A stretch of DNA of 64,000 nucleotides from Octopus vulgaris (Eukaryota), in the NCBI GenBank assembly GCA_951406725.2, contig OX597838.1:1364001-1428000 (forward strand). The letters are read 5' to 3'. This document shows positions 12,336 through 25,422 of this stretch, piece by piece. Positions within the stretch are counted from its first letter, which is position 1. Every line of letters starts with the position of its first letter. A program made the position numbers and the translations under genes. The notes under the pieces are model-generated. The model was given only the letters and a program-made list of their open reading frames with translations. It was not told where the DNA came from and made no database searches.

Positions 12336-12450
12336 AGAGTTTACGAAAAAAACAAAAGACGAAGACAGGTGGTGTACAAAACAAACAAATGTATTCGTAT
12401 AACGCTCGGGAATAGAAAAAGTCTTTTACGTTTTGAGCCTACGCTCTTCT
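12333..12450 (-). repeat. Dispersed repeat (also 7143-7237) with hammerhead-like remnant
   Basis: caaaagacgaagacaggt..aacaaaca..tgtatt is shared with 7143-7237. Minus strand gaagagcgtaggctcaaaacgtaaaagac resembles a decayed stem II-GAAA motif. Confidence 0.55.
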
Positions 12451-13039
12451 AGGCGGCATGTTTGCTTCCATTTCGATCCCAGGCCACGCGCATTTACACA
12501 CCCTAACTTAATATCCTTGGTAAAAGTTACAAATGTACTTACATTTTACTCTTGCGGAGGTGCCGTACGACAATTGTCGTCCTTCCGTCCGCCTTCAGGT
12601 GCAGCCGCTGGTCTCAGCACAATTCTTTGTCTATTGTCTCACTTATATCCCTAATATCTTACGGATATTTTTTTTCAAAAATTTTAAAGTTATTAATGCT
12701 TACTCTTGTCATCCATAAATGTAGCGGTTTACCCTCTATGGGTCCCCACTTTGCGTATTTTTTCCCGTTTTTAGTGTTTGTATCATTATGTTGTTACCGT
12801 TGTGTAATCCGTATCTTGTTTTCCTTCCGTCTCTTCTTGTTCTTTCTCTGATTGTTGACTACACAATCCAAAATTCATGACCTGTAAAGTCAATTTTGAA
12901 CAGACCAGTATACAAGGACTTGAAAAGGACTCGGCTACTGGAAACTAAATGCATCCTCTCTGACAAGAGAAGATTTTTGACCGGATAATTGAATTAATTA
13001 CGCGGGAGTTGACGGGTATCCTCAACAACAAAGAGTGGA

Positions 13040-13621
13040 GAGTGGTGCTAAACAGAAAGAAGAATTAGAATAGTTTCGAATAAATTTAGTGAAGAGAGCG
13101 TTGTAGAGAACATGAGAGTCTAGAAGGATTTAATCGTTTAGAAAAGTCTCTCAGAAGGGGCATCGCAAACGATGTGCTAGTGGCAAGATTGGACGTCGAA
13201 AAACAATTCAATGTGTGGCGTACTGGAGATGGATGATTTGATGCTTAGCTTGATGGTTTGTTGCGACTATCGAATAGAAAGATAGAGTGTTGCGTAAAAC
13301 GGATTTCAGCAGACGAAGTGATGGAGGTATTTAGACGTTGTGCTAGACACAGATCGGCGGAATTGATGGTCTGCCATACGAGTTCTAATTCCACATGACA
13401 GACTTGTTTGCTCCAGTCTTGGCTATCATCTACTGGCTGCCAAGACGGAAACTAGTGGAAACAGACTGGGAGTATTTCCAGTCGAGTTAACCGGAGTGTG
13501 GTTACGTAGATGAAAAAGAACGCGAGCATGAGAGGGGCGTGAATGAAAATTTCAGGTCCCCCAAAAAACTCTACTCATCACAGAGATAAAGATTTTGGCC
13601 GAAACAGTTGCTAAGAGGCTG

Positions 13622-13625
<4 letters not shown>
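13040..13625 (+). mobile_element. Degenerate L1/Tx1-clade LINE ORF2 fragment
   Basis: ISADEVMEVF..GIDGLPYEF*..DLFAPVLA (13300-13430) and NFR...TLL..EIKILAETVAKRL (13548-13622; cf. YRPITLLN.D.KILAK.LA.RL). Confidence 0.75.
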
Positions 13626-13702
<77 letters not shown>

Positions 13703-14018
13703 TATGTATGTATATATGTATGTGGGATGGGGTGCATATGTATGTATATGCATGTATGTACATATCACAAGTCATCTTGTAATGCACCCCGACACACGTA
13801 CAGTTAGTTCATAAAGTCCCAAGAGAGGGGAAGAGAAATTCCCCGGACACTCAGTATGGTGAGCGGCCCTCGGTACAACACTTCAGTATGTTCATTGCAA
13901 GTGCTAAGGTGTCACCAAAATCAATAATGCATTCTGTGATATTGTCCTTCTTGTGTTTGTGCCATTATAGGTGCTGTTGAAGCAGCAGTGACTCTCAGAC
14001 ACACACACACACACACGC

Positions 14019-14081
<63 letters not shown>

Positions 14082-15204
14082 AAGAGTCATCGTAGACAAA
14101 TTAATGAGGTCTGGCTCAACACATTCCCACTACATTTATACCTCAACCCCACCACTACGAGACAAACAAACACTACGAGACAACCCACCCCACCCCTGCA
14201 ACCCCCTACTGTCACCACCACCACCACCACCACCACTATCACCTCTACCACCATTCATACTACCCCCACCATTACTACCCCCACCTCCATCCCTACTACC
14301 CCTGCAACCATCACTACCAGTAGCACCACCATCCCTGCTACCCCATTGTACCACCACCACCACCACCATCGTCATAGTCATCCGTTTGTACACAATCTAT
14401 TTGACAGTTAACTATAAAGCAGGGTCAATAAAATTAGGTTACTGGGATTGAATGTTGATGTTGTTGCAGCTGATGTGATGTGTTGGTGGCGGTTGTGGTG
14501 GTGTTAGTGATGTAATGGCGGCAGTGTTGGTGTGATTATGTGAACGACGGTGGGGGTCAGGGGTACGACTGAGTATGAGGCCGCTGGGAGAGGCAGTGAT
14601 GGTGGCAGAAATTGTTATTGTGATGATGATGACAGTAATGGTGATGATGGTGGTTATGGCACTCTTATAAGTAGAGGTGGTGGTGGTAGTGCTGTCGGTG
14701 ATGGTGGTTGTGATGTTCCTGGTGTCGGTGGTGATGGTGACGTTAATGTTAGTTATGATGATGATGGTGGTGTTTAGGAAGTTATTGATATTTTAAGCAC
14801 AGTAAATCCTGTGATCCCCACTCTTTGGTCCTAAACTGACTTCTTCCTTCCCCAAACCTTCCCAAACCCACCTGACACACCCTAACTTATAAATCTCTAT
14901 ATCACTTCTACCCCGTAACCATCCGCTTCTCAACCCGTCCCTCACCACGTCAAACTTAACCCATACATCGCAACACACCACTACACACCGTATTTCACGC
15001 AAATGTAACACAACACCACACCGCCAATGCTTATCACCAATAAGATTCCAATTCACCATCGCCGCCGCATGTACCACCACCACAAAATAATATACTCAAC
15101 ATTGTCCCACTCCTCCAATACAGAACTGCAATCCCCCACCCCAATACCCATCGACTAAATCAATCCAACACCAAGCCATTACCAACCCACCGCCATTGCC
15201 ACCT

Positions 15205-15333
15205 AGAACGTTAAAACTTAGTGCGCATGCACATCAGAGTCCAAGGCCAATTTGTGCCGAGCGGCTTCACTCGGCGTGCTTTAGCTTTGATACTATGGCT
15301 AAGTATCCGGATACTTATTGATCATACCTCGTA
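15205..15333 (-). mobile_element. Solo mariner terminal fragment, same family as 17057-17950
   Basis: gaacgttaaaacttagtg.gcatgcac...ccgg.acttattgat.a.acctc.ta matches 17824-17950. Confidence 0.85.
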
Positions 15334-15412
15334 TACACACCCACACCCCACACCCGCGCGCGCGCGCGATCACACATATATATCAGTATATATGTAGTTA
15401 TATACATACAAC

Positions 15413-15469
<57 letters not shown>

Positions 15470-15828
15470 CGTGTGTATGTGTGTGTGTGTATATCTATGT
15501 TCATATATATGTGTGTATGGATATAAGCATGAACTAATGTTCATAACGCATACAGTTACATATATATTGCATTTTCGCGATGTTGTACATGGCTTGAAGT
15601 CTAAAACGTCTATTTTATCTTCAGCAAATTCCCCCATAGGAACTGAACAAATCTTTGCATGCTTTAGCATCAAACAGAAACAGCGTTGGATTTATTGAAC
15701 ATGCATTATTTGTCTGGAACTAAAGGTGCAATAAAATTTGAGCCTCATACGACAAACTTCAAATGTTTGAGAGCCTTAAGACATGAACAAAATTTACATA
15801 CGCGTTTGTGTCATGATACGAACGTTAT

Positions 15829-15859
<31 letters not shown>

Positions 15860-16005
15860 TGGTATGCGTTTGTGTATATGTGTGTGTGTGTATGTGTGTA
15901 TAAATGTTAAAGAATATATATGTATAATAATACGCATTGAAGTTTGTAGTTTTTGTTAGAGTTTTTCAGTAAATCACAATGTACACACAAACACACACAC
16001 ATCTG

Positions 16006-18090
16006 TACGAGGGTAAGTCAAAAATTATATGCACTCTTGTTTCTGTAATTTATTAAAACAAAAGTTGGTGGGGGGAATTACATCAATTTTCCGGCCTCGT
16101 CTCTTTGCTTTCCGATGAACTTCCAGCGATACACAAGTTTGTTTATTACACTGGAGAAGAAGGCTTTCTTATGCTCACGCAGCCATCTATGAACTGCTTC
16201 CTGTGCATCTTTGTCAGAAACAAATCAACGATATTGTAAAGGATGTTTGAGAAGCCTAGAGAGGAGATAGACGATAGGGGCGAGATCTGGACTGTATGCA
16301 GAGTGTTTCAGCAACTGGAAATCCGATTTGTCAGTGGTTTCGACGCTCTGGGTAGTGGTGTGTGGGCATACATTGTCATGTAGCTATAACGCTTTATTTG
16401 AGACAAACCTCGGTGTTTGGTGCGAATTACTGGTTTGGTTGTTGGCCAGCAATTCACTGTAGCCTACATTGGTGACTGTAGAGTCTTGTTCCAGGTAATG
16501 TTCCAGTCAGGCCCTTTTGTGTCCCCCAAAACAGCTAGCAACACATTGTCTGCAGAAGATTAATTCTTAAATTTCTTTTTCGTTGGCGATTCCAGGTGTT
16601 TCCAGTCTATAATCTGTCTTTTGGATTCTGGTCCAAAGTGATGGACCCAGGTCTCATCTCCTGTAACTATTCCCTCCAAAAAACAAATAAATAAATAAAT
16701 AAAACCAAAGAAACAAAAAAACAAAAAAAGAAACAAAACAAAAAACAAACTTCGACTTCGTCGTTGTAGCGATGGAGTAAGTGTTGACAAATCTCTACAC
16801 GATTGCATTTATTCGCTCCGGTAAACGCTTTTGGTAACCATTTCGGACAGACTTTACCGAAGCGGATCTAATTGATGATTTTCTATACAGAACCATGGCT
16901 AATTTGCAGAGAAAATGCTACCTCATCGACGGTCAATGCCTGGTTCTCTAAAAACATCTCTCGAGCTCGTTGAATCTTCACATCAGTGGTGGAGGTCCTG
17001 CTCCCTCTTCATGTTACACATTTATCCAACCATTTTAATATTTCTCGATCCACTCATACGTAGTCTGATGAACAAGTATCCGGACTGTTGCTATTGTAAC
17101 GAAGCTAAAGCATGGAGAGTGAAGCCGCTTGGCACAGATTAGCCTTGGACTCTACTGTGCATGCGCACTAACTTTTTATGCTCTAGCTTACTTCCGCTGT
17201 GTACAGCAGTGCTTGGAAGAAAGGTGTGTAGCATGTGATCGTCGCATTGACCATAACAGAGAAAGTTGAGCAGAGAATCTGCATCAAATTTTGCCAAAGA
17301 CTTGGCGTTACCTGCTCAGCAGTCTACGCAAAGTTTTCAAAAAGTTTCCATCGTTCTCGACACAATTATGGAAATCTTGTCCAACTGAAACCTGAGTATC
17401 TTTTTGGTCAGCTAAAAGCGGTTTGGGCACAAACTTGGCAGACACGCGTCTCATACCCAAATCTTCAGTGATAATGTTCTGAACCGAACCGTAACTAATC
17501 TGTACATCTTCTGATAACTCACGGATGGTGATTCGACGGTTTCCCCTCACAGCTGCACGCACATCTACGATGTTTTTCTCAGTTCTGCTGATTGCGAGTT
17601 TCCCAGAACGTTCGTCATTATCGATATTTTCCCCGGCATTTGGAAACGTCTGAATCACTTGTACACCTGTCTGCGGCTCCTAATCTCCCCTCCATACACT
17701 TTCTGCAACTTCGCATAGGCCTCCATGTACCACCATGACAACTTTCTCTGTCATGGTCAATACGACGATCACACGCTACATACGTTCCTTCCAAGCACTG
17801 CTGTAAATAGCAGAAGTGAGTTTGAACGTTAAAACTTAGTGTGCATGCACAGGAGAATTCAAGGCCAATTTGTGCCTAGCAGCTCCATTCTGTGTGTGTA
17901 AGCTTCGATACTGTGGTAACAGTCCGGGCACTTATTGATTAGACCTCATACACACTTCTATGCGCTAGAGCGCTGTTCCCATATTTTACCGAAAGACTGC
18001 AATGAATTTCAACTCATGACACACCTTCGGACCAGAGAAATCTGTTCTTCCTTGGTGCACGTCGACAGTGGAGTGGCCGAGTTTAATGTG
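16006..18090 (-). mobile_element. Degenerate mariner transposon interrupted by a nested element
   Basis: TIR tacgagggtaagtcaaaaattat; GIVTGDETWVHHFGPESKRQ; YSPDLAP on the minus strand. Sequence either side of 17057-17950 is collinear with the uninterrupted copy at 41690-41800. Confidence 0.9.
17057..17950. mobile_element. Mariner-derived foldback non-autonomous element (two 5' ends, ~210-bp inverted arms), TA duplicated
   Basis: 17057-17270 is the inverted complement of 17739-17950. The + arm encodes TEKVEQRICIKFC; the - arm encodes RSG..SRTE.NI..NRRITIRELSEDVQISYGSVQNIITEDLGMRRVSAKFVPK. Confidence 0.9.
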
Positions 18091-18512
18091 TAAGGCAAGA
18101 AAGAATACTGGAGCGATTAAGGTCAAACCTAGTTTATGTAACCTGAAGAAGAGTAGCACTTTTTACCGTACGAAAGCTAAAGACAGCACAGCCAATCGAA
18201 AGAGAGTTTTGGCAAAAGTGTGTGTGTGGGTAATTTTTGACTCCCACTCACACACACACACATGTATATATATTTATATGTGTCTGTCAATCTGTTTGTG
18301 TGTGTGTATGTGTATATATATATGTGTGTATAAAGAGCGACCCTTCGCCAGTTGTCGGTTGCGTATCTACTCCTAATTTCGAGCAACATATAACTGACGA
18401 AGGGTCATTCTTTATGTTACTTGTCGTGATTTCCATTTGTTTCTTTCATGGTTTGTATATTGAACTCATTTGCTTTCATATTTTATGCTGTTTACTGTTT
18501 GGTGTTTTGTAC

Positions 18513-18626
<114 letters not shown>

Positions 18627-19089
18627 ATATATATATATGTATGTATATATATTTACATACACCAAGCTGTTTGAGAATGTTGACTGATGATTACTTTTAA
18701 CTGTACTGTGTGTGTGTAACTTTGGAGTGAATTACGAACCATCCAAGAAAACGATATGAATTTGCATTTCATTATTTGCAAATTAAACTGTCACAAGTAA
18801 TGGCGGGGTGTGGGTGGTGTGTGGAAACTGTGATGTTTAGTTTTCTTAGTGACCATCTGGTCAAAAGATGGTGGAAAATCTGTAAAACAATATCGAATTC
18901 AAAACAAAACGCAAAACAAAACAACAAAAACAAGACACCCAAATAAACAAAACAAAAACAAAACAGCCAAATAAACAAACAAAAACCCCCAATAAAATCA
19001 GATACATTTTTAATTAAATACTTCCTTACAAATTCACAGTTGTGTCGTATGTTTTTTTTAAAGGAAAAAACTAAATGCTTTAACTACCA

Positions 19090-20720
19090 TCTTATTAAAG
19101 TCACTATTTACTGCTTAGAGGACGACTTGTGGACGTTCGTTTTGACTGAGTCATTTGTAAATATCGCTGTTATTTTTGGCAAATCTTTAGGAATTAACTC
19201 GGTCAGATGCTTATTGCACAATACTTCGACTTGAGAAACTTCATTGAAGAGAACTGCAATTCCCAGCAGGAAGGTGTGAATTACAACTGGGATGAGACAC
19301 ACTTCAATTTTATTTAGCATCTATCTTTAGTATCTATTTTTAGAACTTGTTCTTAGAACTTAGTTGCCAACTAGGATTTATAGGACATCGTTCGACAGAG
19401 GTTTTTCTGTAATTGGATTAATTCCATTTCAACAGCAATTCATTTTACTAACAGAGTTTTGAAAATTGACCAACCATCAGCAACCATGAATGAATTTCCG
19501 AAAAAAGCAAAACGGAGCTTCGACTTAAATCATTAAACCTGTTTATGAAATTATCAGGTCTTTCTTGTAATTTATTTTTGTATTCTTCCAGTTTGTGGTC
19601 TTTTATTTCAATATCAGGAATGGATTTATTCTTACATTGAGATTGATAACGGGACTCAAGTTTCTTCAAAATATGTCTCTTTGAAAACTTTCTTATTTTA
19701 TTCTGAAAGATGAAAATTAAAACTCGAAACAACGTTATCTTTGCTTGGAGATCCAAGTTAAGAGTTCTTTGATTATTTATTACATCATAAAGGAACATCA
19801 GATCTTGCATCCATTCATCATTTCCTTGTTGGCAATAGGATCTTTATCTTTAAGAAAAGTAGTTACAGACTGAAATAGATCCACAAACTAATTTAAAGCA
19901 ATGGACAAGGACATAAATGAGTTCGTATCCAACACCGAATTCTTTAATAAAATTTTGAAATGTGCGATGTGTCTTTCCATTTAAATGTAAGAACTTAATA
20001 TCAAGGACAGATATTTTATCTTTACACTTAAAATTCAATGAACAGAGAACCTCTGAAAAGCAAGGAGCACTTTCATAAGTGCAATAAATTTTGTATTTTT
20101 CCTCACATTTTAGGCGATTCATTCCTTACAATACTGACGAGTTTATTTTGTGGAACATCTTCAAGTGTCAAGGTTCTGTGAAGCACATTTTGAATTCATT
20201 CACCATCAGTTGTTTCGTTTAATGTTTCTACGTTCAACATCTGTACTCCTTCCTCCACCACCAACATAAAAGTTTACCTCCTTTGATACACACACAGTAC
20301 ATACTTAGATAAGTAGATCTCTGTCTGTCTGTCCGTTGCTCTGTCTGTCTCTCTGTCCGTCAGTCATTCTGTTTTTCTTTCTATATTAATATTATTTACA
20401 GTAGGATATAATTTCATTGTTGGTGTCAAAAGCTTGAACTTCCCAATTGCGTTGGCTATCTTAAATACATAACAGGTCATTACTAAAGTTTAAGGATTTT
20501 CTTGCCAATGTCACCTCGGACGAGTGCGAAGGTCATAGTTTTGCTACCGACAATTTACTTGACACGTATTTCATTTCGCCATTGCGGATGTCGACAGCCT
20601 AATGCAAAGTTCGGAACTTTTACCGTTTCTTTAGTACGAAAATCTCAACATCAGCAAGAAGATAACTTTTATTTTGGTAGTGCTGCATTAGTGGATGGAA
20701 CTTGTTATCAGTGCTGTTTC
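19090..20720 (-). mobile_element. Degenerate hAT transposase (SPIN/Buster/GTF2IRD2-like)
   Basis: HRTFQNFIKE..YEL, DEWMQDLMFLYDV..LNLDLQ and CWELQFSSMKFLKSKY (hATC dimerisation-like) occur in order on the minus strand. The extension beyond ~20250 is weaker. Confidence 0.7.
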
Positions 20721-21399
20721 GACAAAGAAAAAACAAAACAAAAACAAAACAAAACAAATATAAGAAAAACAAAAATAAAAACTCCCCCAAACAAACAAAA
20801 ACACAAAAGACCCGGTTATTTTAGATTTAACTGAATTAGCATTTTAACAGGAAGTTTTAAATTACCGTCACATGTTGAAAAACGGAACCCTACACCTAAG
20901 AGCAGGAAGAATAGAATTGGCGTAAATCTTTCGATACTTGACTAAGTTTCAGATAAAATTATATTTTTGCCGAGTTGAAGAGCCACTTCCAGCATTCTTT
21001 TCTTTTCCGCTTCTTTTCTGATTTGTGAAAACTTTCGGTGATATCCCGGTTATTTAGATTTTATCATTACGAACAACAACCGTCTACAATAAAAGAAAAA
21101 AATACCAGAACTTAAATCCAATTTCTGCAAATACTGAATTTCCTCACTACTTTTGCTCTGTTCCCAACTTATTCACACATTTTATGACGATTTCATGGTT
21201 TTCTGTCTACTATGCTGTTGTTGCTATCATCTGTTTAACTAGTGACATTACGTCACTCCTGACTCAAATTAAAAAGAAATGAAACACTTTTTCACTTAAG
21301 CATTATCTGCGGAATTTATCATCTGCAGAACGAATGTTTATCAACAGTTAAGATATTAAATTTTATCTTCAGTGAGCCAAGGGGTCAACATCTCTCTCG

Positions 21400-22080
21400 T
21401 CATCAAAGCCTATTCGTTGGCATAATATTCCAACCGGGAGATACTTAATGTTTTTGAAATCTCCCTGCATTTATTTATCTTCCAAAAACCAAAAGGACAA
21501 GATTTCTCACTTTGACTTCTTCCCCTCTTTGCAACTGCCCCCTTTACAGCGCGATAAGCTAAAAGCCTATCAGTCTCATCTGTATTGGATGTTCTTTGGT
21601 GTAAAGAGAGATAATTTTCTTTATCTCTCCTCTTTTCCATTTTTTTATGCTGGAACATCAGCTGGTTCACTATAGATAACTCAGGCTGTTACCCCGTAGC
21701 AATCACAAGATCGATCCAGCCACCTGACACTGGTATGGGCATTCAAGTGAACCAAAAGTTTTGCTATATCCAATATTTCCCTCGAATAAGCGGCTCGCTA
21801 ATTGGAATGTTTATTTCCCCCGGGTTTGTCAAACAAACAAATGTCAGTAACTTCGAACACCGCAGCCCTTATGACTTTTGCTGTGGACCCAAACTGAGCT
21901 CTTTCCATTTTTCTTTAGACCGATTCTTCATAATCCTGCTCAATGTTGCCGTTATGTCTTTCCATGAAGATCGAACTCACACCCCTCTAATATCTGGTTA
22001 GAATGCTCTATCTTTAACCTGAAGTAACAGAGTGACTCAAGGTGCGAGAGTTTCCTACTTTGGTACTTATGAAACTAATC
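21400..22080 (-). mobile_element. Highly degenerate RTE-like LINE endonuclease/linker fragment
   Basis: DITATL/NGNI around the expected GD.N motif, and RLLAYRAVKGAVAK (cf. A+R.AK+AVA) downstream; many disruptions. Confidence 0.4.
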
Positions 22081-22587
22081 ACAGGTCGAAGGCTTGTGAG
22101 TTTATATAGCTGTTGATAAATAAATAAATAAATGTATTTCCCTATGAAATGTTCCAGAAGGAATTATAATAATGTCACGTGGGTAATTAAAAAAGTTTGC
22201 CCCGTTATGTTGTTCAATAAGCAAATACATAGATAAATAAGAAAAGAAATAGAGAGAAAAAAAGAAGTCACACACACATGCACACACAAGCACACACACG
22301 CACGCACACACACCCACCCACAAACCTCACAAAATTCGTACACATTCTCACCTACAAAAGCAAGTTTATTTTTGCACTATGCACTTAAAAACAACGGAAG
22401 ACTCCTTTCTAATAAAAAATTTCTTTGAAAATTCATGAAGTTAAAAAAAAAAAAATTAGAAATCGGCGAACATCATTTCGGGACTCACTTCCTTTTTCAA
22501 ACAATAGTAAAATAAGAAAAAAATTATCATGACGCCCCACCCCCAATCCTAAAATTTCGGTTTTTACAGAAAAGCGAATAAAAGAGA

Positions 22588-22663
<76 letters not shown>

Positions 22664-22983
22664 AGAGAGAAAGAAAGAGAGAGTGAGAGGGAGATAGAGT
22701 GAGAAAGATGTGTTTTGCTGCAGTCGTAGATTTTGAAATTTTAAAATTCTGCGAAAATTTCCTAATTCAGTATACCGAAATACTTTTTCACGCCGAATCC
22801 CAGTTTCTGATTCATTTATTGCAGAAAACTTTTAGAAAAATGTTATAGAGGTTTAAAGTTTTATAATTTTTTTCATCTAATCAGAAAACAGGATTTGTAC
22901 GTAAAAGCTATCATCAAATGAAAGTAAATATTAGAAGATGAGGCTTTAAACAGAATGAAAGCAAAGAGTGCGGCATAATACAT

Positions 22984-23045
<62 letters not shown>

Positions 23046-23155
23046 AGAGCGAGAGGGAGAGAGAGAGAGTGTGTGTTGTAACTAATAGATAGAAACAGAA
23101 TGATGGTACTAGACAGTGAGAGTTGAGTTATTTCCTGTAGCAAGTTATATGTTTT

Positions 23156-23223
<68 letters not shown>

Positions 23224-23423
23224 ATATCTATATATGATACAAAATGGGACAAGAACGCAAAACATCCAGATAGACGATACAAAGATTACAAGGACGGGTC
23301 ATTCGGAGTTTTCTTTCCTCAGCCGAATTCCAGATTATCTTTGCAATTTCGGCTGGTTAAATAAAATGAGACAACAAGGCCAAGGCTGAGTGGAATTTTC
23401 AGGACATTTATAAAGAGAAAGTT

Positions 23424-23473
23424 AGTCTTACAGCTGTATCTGGGATATTACGGATCTCCTTACATCAGAGATA
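23424..23473 (-). ncRNA. Degenerate hammerhead ribozyme remnant (Penelope-type)
   Basis: Minus strand: tct CTGATGtA aggagatccgtaatatccca GAtA cagctg TA aga. Palindromic stem III; two core lesions. Confidence 0.5.
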
Positions 23474-23778
23474 ATGTGAGATGGTTACAAAGAGGGAAAT
23501 AGTAGAGAGTTCAATACAAGGAGTTATTTTGGGAAAGGATGGAAACAAGAAGTATAAAGGAAAATAAGAGAATAAAAGTAAAAATAAAAAAAAAATATAT
23601 GTAGGATGTCTTAGTTGCAGTTCCATTATCCAAGGAAAGTGGTGTGTAGAATGGGTAGAAATGCTTCTTATCCATGGTCTGTAAATTCCGATAGCAGTTC
23701 ATATTTTGTCATTATAAATAGAAAGTGTGGAGACGTAGATTCCATGTGTTGTCACCTTGGGTCCTCTGGATACTAATA

Positions 23779-23874
<96 letters not shown>

Positions 23875-23961
23875 CTCGTCAGTTGTTCATATATCAAAAA
23901 AAAAATTAATAAATAAATAAAAACAAAAAAAGAAGCTCACTCTAAACAGTAATATACTTTT

Positions 23962-24128
23962 AGGAAGTTCAAAGTTATGGCCGGTCACAGAGTGACCATT
24001 AGTTTCGCGTCAATAAAGCGCTTAGCAGTGTAGGTGACTTGAGTCTGACGAGTTGTCTATACGGCTAAGCACTTTATTGGTGCAAAACCAAGGCTCACTC
24101 TATGACCGGCCATAACTTTGAATTTCCT
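23962..24128. mobile_element. 167-bp near-palindromic foldback MITE
   Basis: aggaagttcaaagttatggccggtcacagagtga / tcactctatgaccggccataactttgaatttcct, with pairing continuing almost to the centre. Confidence 0.85.
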
Positions 24129-24256
24129 TTATATACATACATACATACATACATACATACATACATACATACATACATACATACATACATAAATACATAC
24201 ATACATACATACATACATACATACATACATACATACATACATACATACATGGCTAC

Positions 24257-24298
24257 GCTGCATTGAAAAGGGGCAATACCCCGAAACGCGTCTGTAGC
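24257..24298 (+). ncRNA. Minimal type I hammerhead ribozyme, U3-A8 variant
   Basis: gctgca TTGAAAA gggg caata cccc GAAA cgcg TC tgtagc: 6-bp stem I, 4-bp stem II, palindromic ACGCGT stem III. Confidence 0.75.
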
Positions 24299-24524
24299 TG
24301 CCGGTCAAGTAGTGTGGAGCGACTGACCTCCCTTGTTCGAAGGTTATATGGATACAGTTTGTGTATCAAATAGCTAACTTAAGGCGATGGCCTCATGGAG
24401 CTAATAAGCGGACAGCTTTTTTCTTATTTTTATAAGAATGCCATATTAGTATGGCGATAACTATTATTTTCCGGGAACGCTGCCGCTGTTCTCTTTTAGA
24501 GAGACTTAGTTATTTTAATATTTC

Positions 24525-24584
<60 letters not shown>

Positions 24585-24592
<8 letters not shown>

Positions 24593-24927
24593 TATAAATA
24601 ATATATAAATATATGCATATATGCATACATATATGTACCTACATACATATGTATGTATATATACATGCATATATTGGTACAGGACATAAAAAAATGTTGA
24701 ACACAATGAGAAACGAAAACATAAAAACAAAAACATGGAAACGAACTATTTTTCAAACAACGAAAAACAGAGTACAAGACATACAACTCAAGGAATATTC
24801 CCCTTCTTCAGTTGTCCCTGTTTCGTGCTACTCTGCATATAAGTACCCATATATGTATATATACATATAGATGTAGGTATGTGCATATATGTATGTATGC
24901 CTATATTTATATATTATTTATATTATA
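24585..24927 (-). repeat. Repeat E copy with an inverted duplication of its own 3' part
   Basis: 24585-24838 is the reverse complement of 12030-12285; 24843-24927 repeats the 3' segment in + orientation. Confidence 0.75.
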
Positions 24928-25122
24928 AGATCGAACGACACGCATCCTGAAACATGCGTGTCTCTAGATGCAGGCCTAACTGTTGGGGGTATTTGTCTCC
25001 CCTTCGTAAATATATAAGGACACAGGAAATGTGTCGAAGCCGACAGGAAGCATTGATGCTTCCTAGGGCTAAACAGCAGTGGTGTAATCCCCTACTGTCA
25101 CGTTAAATTGACAGTATACAAC

Positions 25123-25290
<168 letters not shown>

Positions 25291-25422
25291 TGTGTGAGCG
25301 TGTATGTATAACACATTAAGCTCATCGGATTCACATACTTGCTTAAAAATCCATAAAAATGTAAAACAAACTAAGATAACAAAAAGTAAAACAAAAAGAA
25401 TTAAAATAACTAATAAACTTAC

